Shown here in pieces: positions 51,396 to 61,248 of a stretch of 64,000 nt of DNA. The notes beneath the pieces are model-generated. The model was not told where the DNA came from. It did not search any database and saw nothing but the letters and a program-made list of their open reading frames with translations. The stretch is from an uncultured Gammaproteobacteria bacterium (GTDB lineage Bacteria; Patescibacteriota; Microgenomatia; Woykebacterales; RBG-16-39-9b), in contig CAYIWY010000001.1 of the NCBI GenBank assembly GCA_964367355.1, positions 35,307 through 99,306 of the forward strand, given 5' to 3'. The position numbers and the translations under genes are program-made. Position 1 is the first letter of the stretch; every line of letters begins with the position of its first letter.

Positions 51396-53213
51396 GTGCC
51401 TTCATCGCAACATCGTGGTAGGCCTTCTTTCGAGGAGCTTACCTCCGCCTGGCCAAGGCGGCGACTTGGACCCATGTGGTCCGAACAAGAAGAAGCCTTT
51501 GAGGTCATTGCCAAACATGGCAGTTGTACCTTGGAGGTACCGACTGGTATGGGCAAAACCGCTATCGGTTACACGACGCTCAAGGCGTTGGGCAACCGTG
51601 GTGAAGGCCCACTTTTCTACATCGTGCCGACCAAAACTTTGGTTGGACAGGTAGCTGAGATGTTTCCAGACGTCACTCCGGCCTATGGTCGGAATGAGTT
51701 TGATTGTCTCTACTACGACGAGCCGTACAAAGCGGACGAAGTCCCTTGCCTGCTATTGCAGGACTGTGTCCATCGGGTCGATCAAGAGACTGGCCGGACT
51801 GCTGGTCGAGGAGCAGAACGTTGCCCCTACTACCACGCCAAGTACCAAGCCAAACGCGATCCGAGTCGGATCGTAGTCTGCTCGATGTCGTTTTACCTTT
51901 TCACCCAGCTTTTCTCCAAGGAGTTTGAGAATCCAGCTGGTTTGGTGATCGACGAAGTTCAGCAGATGCCAGATGTGGTCCGTAATGCTCTGTCTTTTGA
52001 CATCACGGACTATCAGTTGCAACGGGCGATCAACCTACTGTCAACCACAGCTGCGGATGAAGCTGCTGGTCTCGAGATCTTTCTCGATACTATGTTGCGG
52101 ATCATTCGACTCAAGCCTTCGAAGGTGCCGGTAATGCTCGAAGATGTCGAGTTGCAGGAACTGCTGTTGGTCTTGCGAGATATTGACCGCGATGGTCTGC
52201 GTCGCAAGATCGCCGAGGGTATCCGCTCGGGCGACATTGATGTCGTCAAAGAGCGAGAAGTCCTGACCAAAGTTGAGCGACTGGTCTATGACCTGTACCG
52301 TTACGTGCGAGCGTTTGAATTTTCGCTCAGCAACGAAACACAACGGCCACTCAACTACACCTACGCAGTTTGGGACAAAGAACCAGCTGAGGGCAAAAAG
52401 GTCCACAACAAGCTGACCGTCAAGTCCTACTACGTCGCGCCGGTGATCAAGAAACTGCTGTCAGCCAATCTGACAGTGAGTTTGGGAGCGACTATCGGCG
52501 ACCCGAACGTGTTTGGTTACGAGTCAGGGATCGATCCGAGGCGAACGCCGATGTTCACTTTTGACTCGAGTTTTCCGGTCGGCAACACCCGGATCTACGT
52601 TCCGTCGGACTCCTTTAGCTTGGCGGAAAAAGAGGTCAAAAATCGTGGTAAAGCCACAATGGTCCGTCGGATGGTTCGCTCGGCCAAAACCTTCAACCAA
52701 AAAGGTGAGCGCGTGTTGTGCTTGGTCGTCTCTGACACCGAGCGGCAGCGCTTTATTCGGATGGCCACTGAAGACGATGTCAACTTCATCACTTACGGTG
52801 ATGGCGTGACCGCGCGCGAAGCTGCGGACCGCTTCCGTGCCGGAGAGGGTAAAGTCCTGCTTGGGACAGACGCCCAGTACGGCCAGGGTGTTGACCTGCC
52901 AGACGGTATCTGTCGGGTGATCTTCTACCTGCGACCCGGTTATCCGCGACCAGATGATCCTCAGACCCAGTTTGAGGAAAAGCGTTTTCGCTCACAGAAG
53001 TGGGCAATCTGGCAGTGGCGACTGATCATGAAGGCGATGCAGGTGCGCGGTCGTAACATCCGTGGTCCGGAAGACAGGGGAGTGACGATTTTCTTCGACA
53101 GCCGTTTCCGGCGTTTCCTTTTCGGAGGGATGCCCAAGTGGCTCCAGCCGTCATATCGTGGAGATCTGACACTGCAAGAGTGCATTGAGGACGCGCTCAA
53201 GGTGTTGAAGTAG
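51396..53213 (+). CDS. DinG/XPD-family Fe-S helicase
   Basis: Q motif WSEQ, EVPTGMGKT, four Cys (FDC, VPC, QDC, CPYY), IDEVQ, GQGVDLP, QVRGRNIRGPEDRG; GTG 51396 after GGAGAGGGG. Confidence 0.92.
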   Translation: MPSSQHRGRPSFEELTSAWPRRRLGPMWSEQEEAFEVIAKHGSCTLEVPTGMGKTAIGYTTLKALGNRGEGPLFYIVPTKTLVGQVAEMFPDVTPAYGRNEFDCLYYDEPYKADEVPCLLLQDCVHRVDQETGRTAGRGAERCPYYHAKYQAKRDPSRIVVCSMSFYLFTQLFSKEFENPAGLVIDEVQQMPDVVRNALSFDITDYQLQRAINLLSTTAADEAAGLEIFLDTMLRIIRLKPSKVPVMLEDVELQELLLVLRDIDRDGLRRKIAEGIRSGDIDVVKEREVLTKVERLVYDLYRYVRAFEFSLSNETQRPLNYTYAVWDKEPAEGKKVHNKLTVKSYYVAPVIKKLLSANLTVSLGATIGDPNVFGYESGIDPRRTPMFTFDSSFPVGNTRIYVPSDSFSLAEKEVKNRGKATMVRRMVRSAKTFNQKGERVLCLVVSDTERQRFIRMATEDDVNFITYGDGVTAREAADRFRAGEGKVLLGTDAQYGQGVDLPDGICRVIFYLRPGYPRPDDPQTQFEEKRFRSQKWAIWQWRLIMKAMQVRGRNIRGPEDRGVTIFFDSRFRRFLFGGMPKWLQPSYRGDLTLQECIEDALKVLK

Positions 53214-53221
53214 AGAGTCAA

Positions 53222-53880
53222 CCTGTGGCCTAGTCAAGTTAACCGAGCTGTTCTGTGGTGACTTGATGTCGGCTATTCAATTGCACAGGGTGGGGATCTG
53301 CTCTGGAGAAATCTATCCAGATCCCTGCCATTTTCTTTTTTCAACGAGTGCAGTTAGGCAGACAATGTCATTGTCCTGTTTACCTAACTGGTGTTCGCTG
53401 CAGGGCTGCCTCGATAAAACCGAAAGGATTTATCGGGGCGCCATTCTTTTGATAGTTTAATTTTGGAAATATTTTCAAAACTAGCCTATCAAAGAAAAAC
53501 GATATGGTATTCTTTTGTCGACGCGGCGGTCTTCAGTTCGCTAGCCCATGCTGCCGTTCGGTAGAGTCGGGAACGCTAGAGAGTACTGAACCGCAGTATG
53601 GGGCTGGGAACCTGCTCTGAGTAATCATCAGGTTCCTGCCAACGTTCACTTTCGTGCGGTTCAACAGCGTAGGGACTCGCCAACTGTGGTAAAGTTCTCT
53701 ATTGTAGTGTTAACCGCGCTGGTCTAAAGGGCTGGGGATCTGCTCTGGAGAAATCTATCCAGATCCCTGCCAATTTCACAAACTGACTCAAGCAGGGCCA
53801 TGTCCACAGGAGTTAGGTGGCCTGCGCTTTTGTCTAGTTTAGGGCTGGGTCCGATTTCAGAAATGTTTTCGGACCTGCCA
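53222..53880 (+). ncRNA. guide-like array 2: 5 units of pentamer tract plus conserved hairpin
   Basis: hairpins start at 53287, 53402, 53600, 53728, 53841. Confidence 0.85.
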
Positions 53881-53891
53881 ACTCAATTTCG

Positions 53892-53934
53892 GCGGGATTC
53901 AAGTTTTTATTAACTTGGTCCCGCTTTTTCTTTT
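53892..53934 (+). terminator. intrinsic terminator closing the island
   Basis: GCGGGATTCAAGTT...AACTTGGTCCCGC followed by TTTTTCTTTT. Confidence 0.8.
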
Positions 53935-54067
53935 ACCAAATTTTGTTTCGAGATTGAAAATGGTATTATAATAAGAGACGATCTGCCAAGATACCGCGTT
54001 AAATGTAATTTAGATAAATTAAGAACTATTTTATGCGCGCGATATTTCGTCATCTAAAACTGCCAAA

Positions 54068-55030
54068 ATGAAATTTATTCCAAATATTATTCCCAAAAGA
54101 GATAAAAAACATTCCCGCTTTGTCGTTTTGGATATTGGTTTGGGAAGAGTCAATATTGCCATTTTTGATACCACGCCCGAAGGTCCGAAGTTTGTTGGAG
54201 TTGGTAGACGCAGCTTTGGAGCAGCCGATACGATTTTAGACGCTACCTTGGAAGCCACTGACGCTCTGGGAGCAATCGTTGACGAGCTGCCTTCAGCTGC
54301 AATCGTTGGGGTAAGTGGCGGAAAACTCGATACAATTTCCACAATCGCAAAATACACCCGCGAAAAACCAAAACAAGCAATCGATAAAAATGAAGCCTCG
54401 TCAGTCCTAGAAAAAGTTTCTGCAGAAGAAAAAGAAAATCTCAAAATATTTTTTTCAACAATAACTAGTGCAAACATCGACGGAGCAAAACTTACAAACC
54501 CAATCGGGGTTAAGGGGGAAAAAGCAGAGGTAAATTGTTTTATTGCCTTTAAACCAGAAGAAGAGCTGAAGATTTATGACCAAATTATCGATGAGCTAGA
54601 ACTGAAACCAGAAAAAATTATCCCAACTTCATTTGCTGTAACCCAAATGGTAAGTAAAGATTTGACCGGAAATACTCTGCTACTTAGAATTGGCCAAACA
54701 AAAACAGAAGCAGCTCAAGTACACAGAGGAAATTTAATTAAAGTAACAAACATTGACCTTGGGGCGGAACAGCTTGATTATTACCCATTTGCTTTGGAAG
54801 CATTGTTGGAAAAACAAAACCCCGAGGAAAGAACTAGCCTTATTTGGCTTTATGCTGACAGCGACGAGGTTAATTTAGTTGATATTGAAGAAAAACTAGC
54901 AAGTGTGGATTGGAAAAAGAAATTTGATTTTAAAGAAGAAATTAAGATAGAAAGAGCTTCAGGAGAAAATAATTTTGGTCAATCGGATATGGGTTTACTT
55001 GCCCTTTCTTTACAGGAGATTTTTAACTGA
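54068..55030 (+). CDS. FtsA/actin-like protein (divergent)
   Basis: VVLDIG, IDGAKLTNPIGVKG, LLRIGQTKT. Confidence 0.65.
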   Translation: MKFIPNIIPKRDKKHSRFVVLDIGLGRVNIAIFDTTPEGPKFVGVGRRSFGAADTILDATLEATDALGAIVDELPSAAIVGVSGGKLDTISTIAKYTREKPKQAIDKNEASSVLEKVSAEEKENLKIFFSTITSANIDGAKLTNPIGVKGEKAEVNCFIAFKPEEELKIYDQIIDELELKPEKIIPTSFAVTQMVSKDLTGNTLLLRIGQTKTEAAQVHRGNLIKVTNIDLGAEQLDYYPFALEALLEKQNPEERTSLIWLYADSDEVNLVDIEEKLASVDWKKKFDFKEEIKIERASGENNFGQSDMGLLALSLQEIFN

Positions 55031-56517
55031 TGCGTCAACTCGAGATCGATTCACAAACCAATCTTTCACATATTCTTTCAGAACTTAAAACCACTGATGA
55101 AAATGGGCTGGAATTAAATGTTGTTCCAAATGAAACTACTGTACTGGACAATCCAATTCATAGATTAATTATTGAAAAAGCCGCTAAAGATTTTAACAAA
55201 GAAGTTGTTTTTCCAGCTTCTCCAATTGAAGACGCTCCGGAGGTGGAAAGTGACGATTTGGGTTTTGTCGAAGGTGAGGATATCGTTGCTAAAACCCCGA
55301 TAGAAGAAGTCCACAAAATGATTCAGCCGGCAGCAGTTATTTCTAAAGAAGTACTTGCCAAAAAGAAAAAGTTTACTCTACCGAAATTCCTCAAAAATAA
55401 ATTAGTCTTACTTGGTATCGGGGTATTTGTCTTAATAATTGCGTTCGGTCTTGGAATTTATTTTTTACCCTTCGCCAAAATAGAATTAGTACTAAGCAGT
55501 GAAACAAAAGACTCACAAATAACTTTGACTGGAGATACGACGCAAAAAGAAGTCGATATTAAAAATAAAGTCGTTCCCATGAAAGCAATTGAAGTTTCTA
55601 AAGAAGGCGATGATGAGCAAACAACAACCGGCAAGAAAACAGTTGGCACTGTAGCTAAAGGCAGAGTTACTATCACAAACAGAAGTGTAGAAAAAACTTT
55701 TATTGCCGGAACAATCTTAACCCCAGTTGCTACTAGTAGTGCTACCTTTAAGTTGGATAATGACGTGACTATTCCGGCTTCGCAATGGCCTCTAGGTTCG
55801 GACGGGACAATTGGTGTTAATGTTACCGCAACTGCAGCAGGAACAGCAGGAAATTTGGCTGCAAACACCTCATTCAAAGTTGGAAGTGCCTCGACCATAG
55901 AAATTTCTGCGAAAAACGACCTAGCTTTATCTGGAGGATCTTCCAAACAGGTAACGGTTGCTTCTGCTGATGACCGGGAAGTTTTAAAGAAGCAGATCGT
56001 CGATAAGCTAACAGCCGATGCCAAGAAAGATACGGAGAAAAAAACTAAGGATTCAATTGTGCCCGACGAGGGCTCGATTGTCGAAGTCGTCAAAGAGGAA
56101 TATGAGCCAAAAGATATAAATGCCGAAGCAGAAAAACTCAAAGCAACAATTTCGATAAAAGTTAAAACCTTTGTCTTTGATAGAAATGATTTAACAAAAG
56201 TCTTTGTGGAATCGTTGGAAAAATCGGCGAAAGGCTTTAGTGTTGATAAGGAAGTTTCCAAAATAACCCTGCAGCAAACTGAAAAAACTTCCGAAACAGT
56301 TGCAAAATTTATCGGTAAAATTAAAGCAGTTTTGCATCCTGAAATTAATAAAAAAGAGATAACTCGGCAAACAACCGGCAAGAGTTTGAACGACGTTGAT
56401 TCGTATTTAGACTCGTCCGGTAATATAAGCAGTTACAAAGTAACTACCTTTCCGGGATTTTTTAAGTTTATGCCGTTTAACCAAAGTAAGATTGAAGTAA
56501 GGCTGAAAAACGACTAG
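55030..56517 (+). CDS. membrane-anchored baseplate-J-like domain protein
   Basis: TM; TTGKKTVGTVAKGRVTITN, VTATAAGTAGN, LSGGSSKQVTV. Confidence 0.7.
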   Translation: MRQLEIDSQTNLSHILSELKTTDENGLELNVVPNETTVLDNPIHRLIIEKAAKDFNKEVVFPASPIEDAPEVESDDLGFVEGEDIVAKTPIEEVHKMIQPAAVISKEVLAKKKKFTLPKFLKNKLVLLGIGVFVLIIAFGLGIYFLPFAKIELVLSSETKDSQITLTGDTTQKEVDIKNKVVPMKAIEVSKEGDDEQTTTGKKTVGTVAKGRVTITNRSVEKTFIAGTILTPVATSSATFKLDNDVTIPASQWPLGSDGTIGVNVTATAAGTAGNLAANTSFKVGSASTIEISAKNDLALSGGSSKQVTVASADDREVLKKQIVDKLTADAKKDTEKKTKDSIVPDEGSIVEVVKEEYEPKDINAEAEKLKATISIKVKTFVFDRNDLTKVFVESLEKSAKGFSVDKEVSKITLQQTEKTSETVAKFIGKIKAVLHPEINKKEITRQTTGKSLNDVDSYLDSSGNISSYKVTTFPGFFKFMPFNQSKIEVRLKND

Positions 56518-56540
56518 TTTAGAAAAATCAAAAAATTATT

Positions 56541-57599
56541 GTGGAAACAAATTGGATCAAAAAAAAGAAAATTTTTTCTAAACGTTGGTTTCTTACAATA
56601 GCAGTTTTTCTTCTTCTGACCATCCCACTTGTTACAATTACCTTCTGGGTAAACTGGGCAACGGCAGCCCCAGAAAATAGCGGCAAAGAAAAGATTTTTG
56701 TTATTAAGGAAAACGAATCAATTATTAGTATTGCTAAAAGATTAAAAGCAGAAGGTTTAATACGGGACGAGACTGTTTTTAGAATTTATACAAGAATAAA
56801 CTGCAAAGGTATTGATTTTAAGAATTTGGCAACATTATTTAAAAAATACCCGCCCAAGGATTGTCTAAGCGGTAATATCCAAGCTGGAAGTTTCAAGCTT
56901 TCTCCAGCCCTGAGTTTAGCTACTCTTTCTTTAAAACTAACCAGCGGTAAGATTGATAGCTGGATAAAAATTGTTGAGGGTTTGAGAAACGAAGAAATTG
57001 CACAAAAGCTAGAAAAGCAATTCCCGATAAAAAAAGATGATTTTCTAAAGATTGCAGAAATTGGCTACATGTTTCCGGATACTTATCTTTTTAAAGTTAA
57101 TTCAACTGCCGCAGAAGTCGTGGAAAAAATGAGACAAACTTTCGATTTACGATTTGAGGAGAGTTTGCAGGAGAAAGTAAAAGCTCAAGGACTTACAGTT
57201 AACGAAGCGGTAATTTTAGCATCAATTATTGAAAGAGAATCTAGGGATACAGATGAGCGGCCGATTATTGCCGGAATTTTATTAAAAAGACTGTTCGAAG
57301 GTTGGAGACTAGAAGTTGATGCGACGATTCAATACGCTCTTGGTTATGATCAAGACAACAAAACTTGGTGGAAAAAAAGTTTAACAATCGAGGATTTGGC
57401 AATTGATAGTCCATACAACAGCCGTAAATTTGCCGGTTTACCACCAACTCCAATTGCTAATCCAGGACTTTCATCCCTTAAGGCTGTTGCCCAACCAGTG
57501 GAATCTAGTTATTACTTTTATCTACACGACAGTAAAGGCGAAATACATTTTGCTAAAACCCTGAATGAACACAACAGCAATAAAGTAAAATACTTGTAG
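56541..57599 (+). CDS. mltG: endolytic transglycosylase MltG
   Basis: GYMFPDTY, ILASIIERE, LEVDATIQY, SPYNSRKFAGLPPTPIANPG. Confidence 0.95.
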   Translation: METNWIKKKKIFSKRWFLTIAVFLLLTIPLVTITFWVNWATAAPENSGKEKIFVIKENESIISIAKRLKAEGLIRDETVFRIYTRINCKGIDFKNLATLFKKYPPKDCLSGNIQAGSFKLSPALSLATLSLKLTSGKIDSWIKIVEGLRNEEIAQKLEKQFPIKKDDFLKIAEIGYMFPDTYLFKVNSTAAEVVEKMRQTFDLRFEESLQEKVKAQGLTVNEAVILASIIERESRDTDERPIIAGILLKRLFEGWRLEVDATIQYALGYDQDNKTWWKKSLTIEDLAIDSPYNSRKFAGLPPTPIANPGLSSLKAVAQPVESSYYFYLHDSKGEIHFAKTLNEHNSNKVKYL

Positions 57600-57777
57600 C
57601 TAAAATGATAGGTCTTGACAGAATAATAATGTTTGGGTATTATAGGGTTATAACTGAATATTTTTGTGGCGTACAACCGTACGGGTACGTCTTTGTTGGT
57701 TGGAAATAAACTGCCGAATATTTTTTAATAACACTTGTATCATTACGATACCAAGGAGCTAAAGGGTAACATTATAG

Positions 57778-61167
<3,390 letters not shown>

Positions 61168-61248
61168 CCATGAACGAAATATCAACCAAGAAGAAGTTTT
61201 TGACAAATTTTGAATTTATTAATATTACGGTAGATATTTCATAAAACC

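Noticed and set aside
49797-53880. Canonical CRISPR array / type IV-A locus
   Set aside because: Repeats vary in sequence and length, 'spacers' are 45-85 nt with a fixed 5-nt phase, and no csf1/csf3/cas6 is recognisable
49797-53880. TIGR-Tas array
   Set aside because: No 36-nt units with box C/D-like motifs, and the adjacent protein looks RAMP-like rather than Nop-domain
55030-56517. Prophage or contractile tail locus
   Set aside because: Single membrane-anchored baseplate-J-like gene in housekeeping context with host composition; no other phage genes
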